Assembly (NCBI GenBank): GCA_963718895.1
Contig: CAVRAG010000008.1
Coordinates: 1,024,001 to 1,088,000 of the forward strand
Direction: 5' to 3'
Length of the DNA: 64,000 nt
Origin: an uncultured Nitrososphaerota archaeon
GTDB taxonomy: Archaea; Thermoproteota; Nitrososphaeria; Nitrososphaerales; Gagatemarchaeaceae
The notes beneath the pieces were generated by a model. That model was not told where the DNA came from, did not search any database, and was given only the letters and a program-made list of their open reading frames with translations. Below are positions 21,772-31,254 of the stretch, one piece after another. Position 1 is the stretch's first letter; each line of letters starts with the position of its first letter. The translations under genes and the position numbers were made by a program.

Positions 21772-23474
21772 TCCTTGGATGTGCCGTAGACGGTCTCCTT
21801 GATGCTCTTCCCGGGAGGCATGAACGGGAAGACGTCCTCCTCGTGCGAGACGGGGACCTCTATGAGCGTGGGCGAGTCGCTCCTGACGCCCTCCCTCAGC
21901 GCCTTCCCGAACTCGTCGAGCGAGCCGACGCGCGTGCCCTGCACGCCGTAGGATTCGGCCAGCTTCACGAAATCGGGCAGGTTCTGGAATCTGATGCCGA
22001 TGAAGCGTCGGTTGTACATCAGCCTCTGCCACTGCTCGACCATCCCCAAGCTCCTGTCGTTCATCACTATGGCGACCACGGGGATCTTCTCCTCCACTGC
22101 CGTCGCGAGGGCCTGCTCGGTCATCACGAAGCTTCCGTCGCCATCGAAGTCGACCACCGGAACACCGGGCATTGCGAACTTCGCGCCCACTGCGGCCGGG
22201 AGTCCGAAGCCCATCGTCCCCAGGCCCGTAGAGGTCACCCAGGTCCTCGGCCGCATCACGCGGTAGTGGATTTCGCACCACATCTGGTGTCTGCCGACGC
22301 CGGTCGTGAGAATCGCTTCCGGAGGCAGTATGTCTCTCATCAGCTTGACAATCTTGGGTCCCGACAGTTCCGCGTAGGCGTCCTTGTAGGCGGGGATGCC
22401 CTTCATCTCCTCCCGGACCTGGTTGAGGCGCGCAAGCCACGCGTTGTCGTCGGTCTTCCTGGTGATTCGCCTTACCAGCGCGTCGAAGAGCATGGTGAGA
22501 ACTCGGTTCGCGTCACCGAGTATGCTCAGGGTGACGAGCTTGTTCTTGTTGAACTCGGTCGGGTCCGCGTCTATGTGGATGATCTTGGCGTCGGGCGCGA
22601 ACTCGCTGAAGGTCCCCGTCGAGCGGTCGGAGAACCTAACGCCCACGGCAAGAAGAACGTCACACTCTCCGACGAGCTTGTTGGCCTCGGCCCGTCCGTG
22701 CATCCCTATGGGTCCCACGGAGAGGGGATGGTCCTCTGGGAATGTCCCCTTGCCCTGGAGCGTCGTGATGACGGGGGCCACCAGGAGTTCGGCTATGGCC
22801 TTGAACTGAAGGGAGGCGTCCGCTATCCTGATCCCTCCTCCCCCGAAGAGCAGGGGCCTCTGGGCTTTCACCAGCATGTCGGCCGCCCTCTCGATGTCCT
22901 GCGAGTCGACCGCCGCACTGGGCCTGTATCCTCTAATCTCGATCGAGTCCGGGAAGGTAATTTCGGCCTCCTCCTGCTGCACGTCCTTGGGTATGTCGAG
23001 CAGGACGGGTCCTGGCCTCCCGGTCTGGGCGATGTAGAAACTCTTCTTCACGGCGGAGGGTATCTCGGCCGCGGAGAGGGGCTGAAGAGTGTACTTGGTT
23101 ATCGGGGTGAGCACACCGACCACATCCGTCTCCTGGAAGCCGCTCTTCCCCGTCATGCTCTTCGAGACCTGTCCCGTGATTGCGACCACTGGGGAAGAGT
23201 CGGCAAACGCCGTCGCGATCCCGGTGACGAGGTTTGTCGCTCCGGGACCCGAGGTGGCGGAGCAGACCCCGGCCTTCCTCGAGACCCTGCCGTAGGCGTC
23301 CGCCATGTGGGCGCCGATCTGCTCGTGCCTTACGAGCACGTGCTTGATCTTCGAGTCCCACAGCGCGTCATAGAACGGGAGGTTGGCGCCTCCAGGCATC
23401 CCGAAGATGTACTCTACCTTCTCCTTCTCAAGGGCCTCCACGATGGCCCGTGCCCCGGACATTTTTTCAGGCAT
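21756..23474 (-). CDS. ilvB: Acetolactate synthase large subunit
   Basis: FGMPGGA, RHEQ, TSGPGATN, FQETD, GLGTMGFGLPAA, GDGSF. Confidence 0.97.
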   Translation of the reverse strand: MPEKMSGARAIVEALEKEKVEYIFGMPGGANLPFYDALWDSKIKHVLVRHEQIGAHMADAYGRVSRKAGVCSATSGPGATNLVTGIATAFADSSPVVAITGQVSKSMTGKSGFQETDVVGVLTPITKYTLQPLSAAEIPSAVKKSFYIAQTGRPGPVLLDIPKDVQQEEAEITFPDSIEIRGYRPSAAVDSQDIERAADMLVKAQRPLLFGGGGIRIADASLQFKAIAELLVAPVITTLQGKGTFPEDHPLSVGPIGMHGRAEANKLVGECDVLLAVGVRFSDRSTGTFSEFAPDAKIIHIDADPTEFNKNKLVTLSILGDANRVLTMLFDALVRRITRKTDDNAWLARLNQVREEMKGIPAYKDAYAELSGPKIVKLMRDILPPEAILTTGVGRHQMWCEIHYRVMRPRTWVTSTGLGTMGFGLPAAVGAKFAMPGVPVVDFDGDGSFVMTEQALATAVEEKIPVVAIVMNDRSLGMVEQWQRLMYNRRFIGIRFQNLPDFVKLAESYGVQGTRVGSLDEFGKALREGVRSDSPTLIEVPVSHEEDVFPFMPPGKSIKETVYGTSKEMSVF

Positions 23475-23493
23475 TGTAACTATCACTTGTTTT

Positions 23494-23584
23494 TAGAAAT
23501 CCCTCGCTTGAACCCTAGAGCGAGAGACTCTAGAGTAAGACAATCAACGCTACTTGAGCAAGAACCGACTGTGTCGTAGCGTTG
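23494..23584 (-). promoter_or_regulatory. Attenuator-like alternative RNA hairpins in the ilvB leader
   Basis: CAACGCTAC/GTAGCGTTG (23584-76 / 23553-45); ACTCTAGAG/CTCTAGGGT (23536-28 / 23520-12) is mutually exclusive with CTCTCGCT/AGCGAGGG (23526-19 / 23508-01). Confidence 0.65.
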
Positions 23585-23595
23585 CCGCGTTGCAT
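23530..23595 (-). CDS. Putative ilv-leu operon leader peptide MQRGNATTQSVLAQVALIVLL*
   Basis: 21-codon ORF about 25 nt below a TATA box (CTTAAATA 23626-23619); 8 of the last 11 codons are Val/Leu/Ile; ends 55 nt before ilvB. Confidence 0.8.
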   Translation of the reverse strand: MQRGNATTQSVLAQVALIVLL

Positions 23596-23722
23596 TGCCA
23601 GAAGGTAGGCGGGAGATATATTTAAGAATTAACAGATTCAAATCAAGAACAGCAGCAGAATCAGGTCCGCGATGGGATTCCTTTGCCGCGTAGATTTAAA
23701 TATAACGGCTTTATAGTCTATC

Positions 23723-24154
23723 ATGAAGAAAATGATCAATCCCTACGAGATGATATCCAAGAGCGCCCTGCCTGCCTTCAGGGCCATGATCGCCAAGAGG
23801 CTCACGGAGAACTACGACCTGACACAGCAAGAGGTCGCGACAAGGCTGGGATTGACACAGGCCTCCATAAGCAACTACGCGAGGAAGGCCCGCGGCATGA
23901 TGCTGAACCTTGAGATCGACCCCAACCTGGCGAAGGCCGCCGACCAGGTCGCGGAGGTCCTCTCCTCGGAGACTCCCAACCAGAGGGAGGCGCTCCGCAT
24001 GATGACCGAGGTCTGCGACTACATCAGATTCAACCACGTGATGTGCCGGCTCCATGAAGACCTGGACCCTGCCTTCAGGACGGAGGGGTGCTACGCCTGC
24101 GCGGGAGGTCTCCCGCTCGATAGCAGCCAGATAAAGGGAAAGCTCGTCGCCTAG
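23723..24154 (+). CDS. HTH transcriptional regulator (COG2522-like) with Cys/His C-terminus
   Basis: LPAFRAMIAKRL..LTQQEVATRLGLTQASISNY; C..H..C..C cluster. Confidence 0.8.
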   Translation: MKKMINPYEMISKSALPAFRAMIAKRLTENYDLTQQEVATRLGLTQASISNYARKARGMMLNLEIDPNLAKAADQVAEVLSSETPNQREALRMMTEVCDYIRFNHVMCRLHEDLDPAFRTEGCYACAGGLPLDSSQIKGKLVA

Positions 24155-24166
24155 GGCAAGAACGAT

Positions 24167-25057
24167 TTGGAAAGAAAGCCGGAGTGGCTGACGGTCCTCC
24201 CCTCTGGAGGTGAAAACCACCAGAGGCTGAAGACGCTCTTTGAAAACCTGAATCTTCACACCGTCTGTCAGGAAGCCCACTGCCCGAACGTGGCCGAGTG
24301 CTGGGGAGGCGGCACTGCCACCCTGATGCTCATGGGGGACATGTGCTCCCGGGCGTGCAGGTTCTGCATGGTCACCCCTGGCAGGCCCACGGCTCCGCTG
24401 GACGAGCTCGAACCAGACAACGTGGCCTTCGCCCTCTCCCAGATGGACCTGAACTATGTCGTCCTGACGTCCGTGGACAGAGACGACGTGCCCGACGGGG
24501 GCGCTTCGCACTTCGCAAGAACGATTGAGAAAATCAGGGAGAGCAGCCCCGGGATGATGGTCGAGGTACTCATCCCGGATTTCCAGAACGACGTTGACGC
24601 GATACGGACGGTGGTCGAATCCCGTCCGGACGTGATCGCCCACAACATCGAGACGACCCTCTTCCTGAGCGACCGGGTGAGAGACCCCCGGGCCAACTAC
24701 TGGCAGTCGCTCTCGGTCTTGAGGACCGTGAAGAAGCTGGACCCGAGGATGTTCACGAAGTCTTCGATCATGGTCGGGCTCGGAGAGCAGGAGGAGGAGA
24801 TGAGGCTCGCAATGGCGCACCTGCGCGGAGCGGGAGTAGACTTCCTCACCATCGGGCAGTACCTCAGGCCGTCGAAGAGGCACCTTCCCGTGAGGGAGTA
24901 CGTCAATCCGGAGGCCTTCGAGGCGTACAAAAGGATGGGAGAGGAGATGGGGTTCAGATACGTGGCCTCGGGCCCGCTGGTCAGGACCAGCTACAGGGCC
25001 GGGGAGTTCTTCGTTCGCTCCATAGTGACCAGAGCCAAGGCAATCAACGAAGTCTGA
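24167..25057 (+). CDS. lipA: Lipoyl synthase
   Basis: KPEWL, VCQEAHCPNVAECW, CSRACRFC, IGQYLRPS, SGPLVRTSY. Confidence 0.97.
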   Translation: MERKPEWLTVLPSGGENHQRLKTLFENLNLHTVCQEAHCPNVAECWGGGTATLMLMGDMCSRACRFCMVTPGRPTAPLDELEPDNVAFALSQMDLNYVVLTSVDRDDVPDGGASHFARTIEKIRESSPGMMVEVLIPDFQNDVDAIRTVVESRPDVIAHNIETTLFLSDRVRDPRANYWQSLSVLRTVKKLDPRMFTKSSIMVGLGEQEEEMRLAMAHLRGAGVDFLTIGQYLRPSKRHLPVREYVNPEAFEAYKRMGEEMGFRYVASGPLVRTSYRAGEFFVRSIVTRAKAINEV

Positions 25058-25118
25058 AGCAAAGATAGCATAGTCTTATCAGCGAGAAACGCGCCTGACG
25101 GTCAGTAGGTTTCCGCCC

Positions 25119-26187
25119 ATGGAGATGCTGCAAATCGTCAGAGCGGACGGCGAATTCGACTCCAAGTCGGAGCCCAACCTTCGTGCCGAGGACCTGCAGA
25201 AGATGTACCGGCAGATGCTCACAATCAGGCGGTTCAATGAGAGGATGCTCCTTCTCCAGAGGCAGGGGAGGATCGGTTTCTTCATCGAGTCCACCGGGCA
25301 GGAGGCATGCCAGATTGGGAGCGCGTTCCCCCTCACCCAGGGCGACTGGGTCTACGGGGGTTACAGGGACCCAGGCATCTGTCTCGTGAGGGGCGTGCCC
25401 CTCAAGGCGCTGGTCGACCAGCTCATGTCGAACGCGGACGACCCGAACAAGGGCAGGCAGATGGGGGTCCACTGGGGCTACAAGGAGTGGAACATCGTGA
25501 GCCTGTCCAGTCCCGTTGCCTGCCGCCTCTCGCAGGCGGTCGGGACGGCCTACGCGGCCAAGATAAAGAAGGACAACATCGTCTGCCTCACGAGCTTCGG
25601 CGACGGCGCGACGTCCCAGGGCGAGTTCCACTCGGCGATGAACTTCGCCGGTGTCTTCAAGGTCCCGGTCATATTCTTCTGCGAGAACAACCAGTACGCC
25701 ATATCCCTCCCCGTGAGGAGGCAGACGGCGAGCGAGAACATCGCGGTCAAGGCGGACGCCTACGGCTTCGAGGGAGTGCTCGTCGACGGCAACGACGTGC
25801 TCGCGGTCTACAAGGCGACGAGGGCGGCGGTCGACAAGGCCAGGTCTGGCGGCGGCGCGACCCTGATCGAGGCGGTCACCTACAGGATCGGAGGCCACTC
25901 CTCATCGGACGACCCCACCAAGTACAGGACCTCCGAGGAGCTGGAGCTCTGGAGGTCCAGGGACCCGATCAAGCGGTTCAGGATCTACCTGATGAAGAAG
26001 GGCCTGCTGACGTCTCAGGAGGACAGGAAGGTGCAGGACGAGGTCGACTCGGAGCTGGTCTCAGATCATCAAGGCGAGCGAGAAGGTCCCGCACCCGGCG
26101 CGCCTCTCGATGTTCACGGACGTCTACGCGGAGATGCCGTGGCATCTCAAGGAGGAGGCCGACGAGCTCGAGCAGGAGGGGAGATAG
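25119..26187 (+). CDS. 2-oxoacid dehydrogenase E1 alpha (branched-chain/pyruvate), frameshift near 26065
   Basis: QRQGRIGFF, GQEA, GDGATSQGEFH, NNQYAIS, TYRIGGHSSSDDPTKYR. Confidence 0.93.
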
Positions 26188-27163
26188 ACGGCCCTGCAGA
26201 CCATAGTGCAGGCGGTCAACCAGACGCTGCGCGATGAGATGAGACGGAACGGGAACATGGTCATCTTGGGAGAGGACGTCGGGAGGGACGGAGGCGTCTT
26301 CAGGGCGACCGAGGGGCTCTTCGACGAGTTCGGCGGGGAGAGGGTGCTCGACACGCCTCTGGCGGAGGACGCGATAGTGGGGATGGCCATAGGCATGGCG
26401 CTCTACGGGCTCCAGCCGGTCGCTGAGATCCAGTTCATGGACTTCATCTACCCCGCCTTCAACGAGATAGTCAGCGAGCTTGCGAAGATGAGGTACAGGT
26501 CCGGTGGGCAGTTCCAGGCGCACGTGGTCATCCGCACGCCCTACGGCGGGGGTGTCAAGGGCGGTCACTATCACTCACAGAGCACCGAGGCTTACTTCAT
26601 CCACACTCCAGGGCTCGTTGTCCTCGCGCCGTCGACGCCCTACGACACCAAGGGTCTGCTCTTGTCCGCGATGAGGTCGCCGGACCCCGTGATCTTCCTC
26701 GAGCCGAAGCGAATCTACAGGACGGTCAAGGAGGAGGTCCCCACCGAGGAGTACCTCGTCCCCATCGGCAAGGCCAAGGTGGTCCAGGAGGGGACCGACG
26801 TGACCCTCGTGAGCTGGGGCGCCATGGTTCAGACGTGCAGGGAGGCCGTGGCCCTCGGGTGCCAAGGAGAACCTGAGCGTGGAGCTGATCGACCTGCGGT
26901 CGCTGCTCCCCTTCGACATCGAGACGGTCGTGCAGTCGGTCAGGAAGACGGGCAGGCTGGTCATAGCGCACGAAGCCACGAAGATTGCGGGTTTCGGGGC
27001 GGAGATATCGGCACAGGTAAGCGAGAGGGCCATCGACTCGCTGAGAGCGCCGATCCTGAGGCTCGCAGGGTTCGATACGCCATTCCCGTACGCCCTTGAG
27101 AACGTCTACCTGCCTTCACCAGAAAGGATACTTAGAGCCGTCAGGAAGGCCTCTAGCTACTGA
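26188..27163 (+). CDS. 2-oxoacid dehydrogenase E1 beta, frameshift near 26860
   Basis: [53 protein letters not shown]. Confidence 0.93.
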
Positions 27164-27170
27164 GACTTCA

Positions 27171-28367
27171 TTGGTTCAATACGAGCTCAAGTTACCTGAC
27201 ATAGGTGAGGGTGTTGCTGAAGGAGAGATTCTCAAGTGGCTCGTCAAGGAGGGCGAGGAGGTGAAGGAGGACCAGTCGCTCGTCGAGGTCATGACGGACA
27301 AGGTGAACGTCCAGATCCCTTCTCCCAAGGACGGGACTGTGGCGAAGCTTCTAGTCAAGGAGGGGGAGGTCGTCAAGGTCGGGCTAGGCATACTCCTGAT
27401 CGAGGTCGCCGAGTCGGGTCAGGCTACCCCCGATGAGGCCGGACCCGCGCCCGCGTCCGTCCCTACCCCGCAGGTCCTCCAGTCTCCAGCATCCCCCGAC
27501 CGCGTCCTTGCGACGCCGGCGACCCGGAAGCTTGCGCGAGAGCTCGGGGTCGACATCACACAGGTCACGGGCACGGGTCCTAGCGGCCGTGTGACCGAGG
27601 ACGACCTGAGGGGCAAGGGTTCATCGGCCCCGGTGATGAAGGAGACGGTTCCCGTGCCTCCCGGTGGAGACGAGCGTGTGCAACTCAGGGGAGTCAGGAA
27701 GCTCATGGCGGAAAGGATGGCGAAGTCGTTCCACACGATGGCCCAGGTCACGCTGGTCGACGAGGTCGACATGACCGAGCTGGTCCTTCTCAGGGAGGCG
27801 TTCAAGGGCAGCGCCCAGAAGAAGGGAGTGAAGCTCACGTTCCTGCCGCTCGTCATCAAGGCTGTGCTCCCCGCCCTGAAGGAGTTCCCCTTCGTCAACT
27901 CGATGATGGACGAGAGGAGCGGGGAGATAGTCCTGAAGAAGCGGTACAACATCGGAATCGCTGTCGACACCCCGAACGGGCTCATGGTCCCGGTCGTCAA
28001 GGACGCAGACAGGAAGGACATCTTCGAGCTCTCGGCGGAGATGGAGAGGCTTGCGGCGAGGGCGCGGACCGGAGAACTGGGGCTGGAGGAGGTCCAGGGC
28101 TCGACGTTCACGATCACCAACCTGGGATCGATCGGGGGGCTCTTCGGGACCCCGATTGTCAACTACCCGGAGGTCGCCATACTGGGGACGCACCGCATCT
28201 CGAAGAGGCCCGTCGTGAAGGAGGGGGAGATTGAGATCAGGGACATGATGTACCTTTCCATGAGCTTCGACCACAGGGTGATGGACGGCGCCTACGGCGC
28301 GAGGTTCATGAACCGGGTCATCGACATCATACAGGACCCGAAGAAGATACTCTCAGAGATACTCTGA
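27171..28367 (+). CDS. Dihydrolipoamide acyltransferase (E2)
   Basis: LPDIGEGVAEGEI, VMTDKV lipoyl site, ATPATRKLARELG, SFDHRVMDG. Confidence 0.95.
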   Translation: MVQYELKLPDIGEGVAEGEILKWLVKEGEEVKEDQSLVEVMTDKVNVQIPSPKDGTVAKLLVKEGEVVKVGLGILLIEVAESGQATPDEAGPAPASVPTPQVLQSPASPDRVLATPATRKLARELGVDITQVTGTGPSGRVTEDDLRGKGSSAPVMKETVPVPPGGDERVQLRGVRKLMAERMAKSFHTMAQVTLVDEVDMTELVLLREAFKGSAQKKGVKLTFLPLVIKAVLPALKEFPFVNSMMDERSGEIVLKKRYNIGIAVDTPNGLMVPVVKDADRKDIFELSAEMERLAARARTGELGLEEVQGSTFTITNLGSIGGLFGTPIVNYPEVAILGTHRISKRPVVKEGEIEIRDMMYLSMSFDHRVMDGAYGARFMNRVIDIIQDPKKILSEIL

Positions 28368-28369
28368 GC

Positions 28370-28597
28370 TCAGGCCTGGACCAGGGTCTCTGTGCTTCTG
28401 ACGCCGCGCGCCGAGTTGATCTGGCCCGTCAGCTTCCTGATCTCGGGATAGCCAGACGCCTCGATGAACGCGACCATGTCGTACCTCCCGTAGGCGATGA
28501 AAGCCTTCCTGACGCCCTTGAGGGACTTGGTCTTCTGAAGGACCGAGTCCGTCTCCAGCGGCACCGTCTTGATCAGGATGCAGGCGTTGAGGGTCAA
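28370..28597 (-). CDS. Stand-alone Lrp/AsnC ligand-binding (RAM) domain protein
   Basis: ACILIK...YGRYDMVA...GVRSTETL. Confidence 0.85.
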   Translation of the reverse strand: MTLNACILIKTVPLETDSVLQKTKSLKGVRKAFIAYGRYDMVAFIEASGYPEIRKLTGQINSARGVRSTETLVQA

Positions 28598-28598
28598 C

Positions 28599-28832
28599 CT
28601 AGGACACCTCTACCTCGGGCAGCGTCTCTGTGAAGACAACCCCGGAGAGCCTGTTCACCTTCAGGATGGCGTGGGCGAGGGCCTTCGTATTGGTTGCCTC
28701 GAAATCGGCGACAATATCATAGCGGCCGAGCACCGAGAAGGCGCTCCTGACCTGGGGAATCTGCTTCAGATTGTCGGCGACTTCGTCGAACTTTCCCCGC
28801 TCTGCCCTTATCAGAACACATGCGGAAATCAA
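28599..28832 (-). CDS. Stand-alone Lrp/AsnC ligand-binding (RAM) domain protein
   Basis: ACVLIRAERG...VLGRYDIVA...GVVFTETL. Confidence 0.85.
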   Translation of the reverse strand: MISACVLIRAERGKFDEVADNLKQIPQVRSAFSVLGRYDIVADFEATNTKALAHAILKVNRLSGVVFTETLPEVEVS

Positions 28833-28985
28833 TCCAACCGAGGATTGTCCCGGAGCCTAGCTAATAAACGGTTCCCGGGCAGATCTCCGGAATCCCTGAA
28901 GCGTGCCAGGAATAGGTTCAAATTCGTCATCCCTGCATCATGGCCAGATCACATGATGCCAGCTTCAGTTAGTGTACATGGGAGG

Positions 28986-30044
28986 ATGGAGAGTCATGGA
29001 GACGAGTGGAAGAGCCCGCTCAGCGTCTCTCCCGAAGGACCTGTCGTGGCCTATGCCCTTTCGCATGAAACGTATACCGTGCCGCAGCTTCTCGAGTACG
29101 GGGCAGCGGCGGAGCGAGCGGGGTTCAGGATGGCATGGACCAGCGACCACTTCCAGCCCTGGCAGGACAACCAGGGTCACTCCGGTCTGGCCTGGGTTAC
29201 CCTGGCGGCTCTCAGCCAGCGCACGTCCCATCTGGCCTTCGGCACAGGTGTGACCTGCCCGACGTTCCGCTATCTCCCGGCGATAGTCGCGGAAGCCTGG
29301 GCGTCGCTCAGCCATCTGGCCCCGGGCCGCGTCTTCCTAGGACTGGGGACCGGGGAGAACCTGAACGAGGGGGCTTCGGGCGGTGGATGGGGCAAGTACC
29401 AGGAGCGCTCCGAGCGGCTTATCGAAGCCATCAGAATCATCCGGGAGCTTTGGACCGGGGAGCGCGTGAAGATCCATGGGAAGTACTGGGACGTCGATGC
29501 CAAGCTCTATGACAAGCCGGCATCGCCCATCCCAATCTACATCGCCGCGGGTGGCCCGAAGAGCGCGCGGATCGCGGGGCTCCACGGAGACGGCCTGATC
29601 GCAGAGGGAGGGCCGCTCGGTTCCAACCCGCTCTACAAGGCAGCTTGGCAGGAAGGGGCGCGCGAGTCGGGGAAGGACCCTTCCACCCTCCCGATCATCG
29701 TCGAGCTCTACGCGGTCGTGGGAGGGGAGAGAGAGGCGAGGCAGAGTGCCGACCTCTGGCACTTCACTCCGCAGGCCTGGAAGCACGGATATTTTGACGA
29801 GGTCGACCCCCTCCGAATACAGCAGAAGGCCGAGCGCGAGATCCCGTTGGAGGTCGTCTACAGGGACTGGCCCGTAGGCACGGATCCCGAGGTCCACCTC
29901 AAGGCGATCAGGGATACGGCCGCGAGGGGCGCGACCCACGTGGTGATCACGACCGCGACCCCGAACCAGCTGGAGGTGATCGACTTCTACGGAACCAAGG
30001 TACTCCCCTATGTTAGGGGCGGGACCCGAACTATGGGTCGATGA
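28986..30044 (+). CDS. F420-dependent LLM-class oxidoreductase (G6PDH-F420-like family)
   Basis: LSHE, WTSDHFQPW, GTGVTCPTFRY, GRVFLGLGTGENLNE, AAGGPKSA. Confidence 0.9.
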   Translation: MESHGDEWKSPLSVSPEGPVVAYALSHETYTVPQLLEYGAAAERAGFRMAWTSDHFQPWQDNQGHSGLAWVTLAALSQRTSHLAFGTGVTCPTFRYLPAIVAEAWASLSHLAPGRVFLGLGTGENLNEGASGGGWGKYQERSERLIEAIRIIRELWTGERVKIHGKYWDVDAKLYDKPASPIPIYIAAGGPKSARIAGLHGDGLIAEGGPLGSNPLYKAAWQEGARESGKDPSTLPIIVELYAVVGGEREARQSADLWHFTPQAWKHGYFDEVDPLRIQQKAEREIPLEVVYRDWPVGTDPEVHLKAIRDTAARGATHVVITTATPNQLEVIDFYGTKVLPYVRGGTRTMGR

Positions 30045-30210
30045 GGCCGCCCCGGTGCCTGAACGTGCTCCCGAATAGTAGAGGCCGGTGGCCGCATCGG
30101 TGGGTTTGGCCGTGTACTCGAACTTGGAGGTACACCATACGCGCCGTAGATCGTCCCGTACGGCTTGTAGTCGGAGCTGAACAGGGTCGAATCAGAGGAG
30201 CTGGTGATTT
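30035..30210 (-). pseudogene. RHS repeat-associated core remnant
   Basis: Manual translation: ITSSSDSTLFSSDYKPYG (frame 1), then SKFEYTAKPTDAATGLYYSGAR (shifted frame), matching the RHS core YxPYG...FxYTGKxxDxxTGLYYxGAR. Confidence 0.75.
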
Positions 30211-30337
30211 TGCAAACTTCGTTGATCGCTTAAGGCATTGGGGGGCACACGCCGTTCGAAAGAGCCTAATTAGTGCTCAGATTGGTTTGAATAGCCCAAT
30301 TACGGCTTGTATGCAATAGCCCGGCCAGGATTCGCTA

Positions 30338-30649
30338 CTAGGATGGGGTTGGAACCACCAACGGGATTACGAGCACATTGACTTCTGGTACTGAAATCAA
30401 GCCGGCTCCGAAGTACTGATGGATGACTCCAAAAGTGGTGGATCCTACTTCTCCTGGTCCATCCCTTTTGGCAGACTTGACTGTCGTCCTCGAGGTCTGA
30501 CAAGAAGAAAGTGGAAAAAAAGAAACACTACAACGTAGGCCGCCATCCCCACCACATCTGCAATCAGCTCGGCTACTCCGGCCCAATGAGGCCTCGGTGA
30601 CTGCTCCCCCCAAGAGAAGGGCGATGATCATGACAACGATGGTCTTCAC
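30338..30649 (-). pseudogene. Degraded membrane/secreted protein gene
   Basis: Hydrophobic N-terminus MKTIVVMIIALLLGG, then apparent frameshifts. Confidence 0.3.
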
Positions 30650-30700
30650 GTGCGTCGAGGATGAAGTCGCTACCCGTCCTTGTCCTAGATATGGGAATGC

Positions 30701-31231
30701 TTAGTATGGGCTCTTCAGAATCGCCAAGACTTGTTCCAGTTCGCGGGGCTCTCGAAAGCCAAGGTCCAATGCCGAATGATTCTTGAACTGAATCGCTACG
30801 CTGGCAATGGTCTTCTTCTCCGTCACCAGAAGGCCTCCGCGGAAAGGTGAAAGCGAAATCATCAGCGGGACATTTGGCCTCGGATCTACATGGGTCACAA
30901 TCAAGTCCTCGGACCTCTTGCTCCCGGCACTAGCGAATGAGACTAGGAGGAAACCCCCTTCATCTCTGAAGTCCTTGTAGCTGACAACGAGAGGCCGAAC
31001 CCTAAAGGTCGCTAGCCGCACTGAGGCTATGGCAAGTATCGAGATGACAAACGCCAACACGGAGACATAGAAGACCGTGAATGCCTCACCCTCTGGGCTG
31101 AGGGCCAAGAAAGGAGCAGATGCGAACGCAACCAAGACCGAGACACAGAGGGCAACAGTCGGGGTCAGTAACTTGACATTCCGGAATCCTATCCTTTCTG
31201 TCCCAAGAGCTTCGAACGAACCCGACTTCAT
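30701..31231 (-). CDS. 2-TM membrane protein, candidate immunity protein
   Basis: Likely ATG at 31231; two TM helices then a beta-rich domain; starts 23 nt after the toxin-tip-like ORF. Confidence 0.5.
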   Translation of the reverse strand: MKSGSFEALGTERIGFRNVKLLTPTVALCVSVLVAFASAPFLALSPEGEAFTVFYVSVLAFVISILAIASVRLATFRVRPLVVSYKDFRDEGGFLLVSFASAGSKRSEDLIVTHVDPRPNVPLMISLSPFRGGLLVTEKKTIASVAIQFKNHSALDLGFREPRELEQVLAILKSPY

Positions 31232-31254
31232 GACAAGACCAGAGCTCGCTCTTC

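Noticed and set aside
12137-27163. Numerous frameshifts in ALDH, leuA/B/C/D, E1a and E1b (also ilvD) as pseudogenisation or programmed frameshifting
   Set aside because: Single-base indels scattered through otherwise intact, conserved genes with no shared slippery motif; most consistent with unpolished long-read errors
28569-28985. N-terminal extension of the F420 oxidoreductase
   Set aside because: Antisense to the Lrp-domain genes; GGAGG-ATG at 28986 is the plausible start
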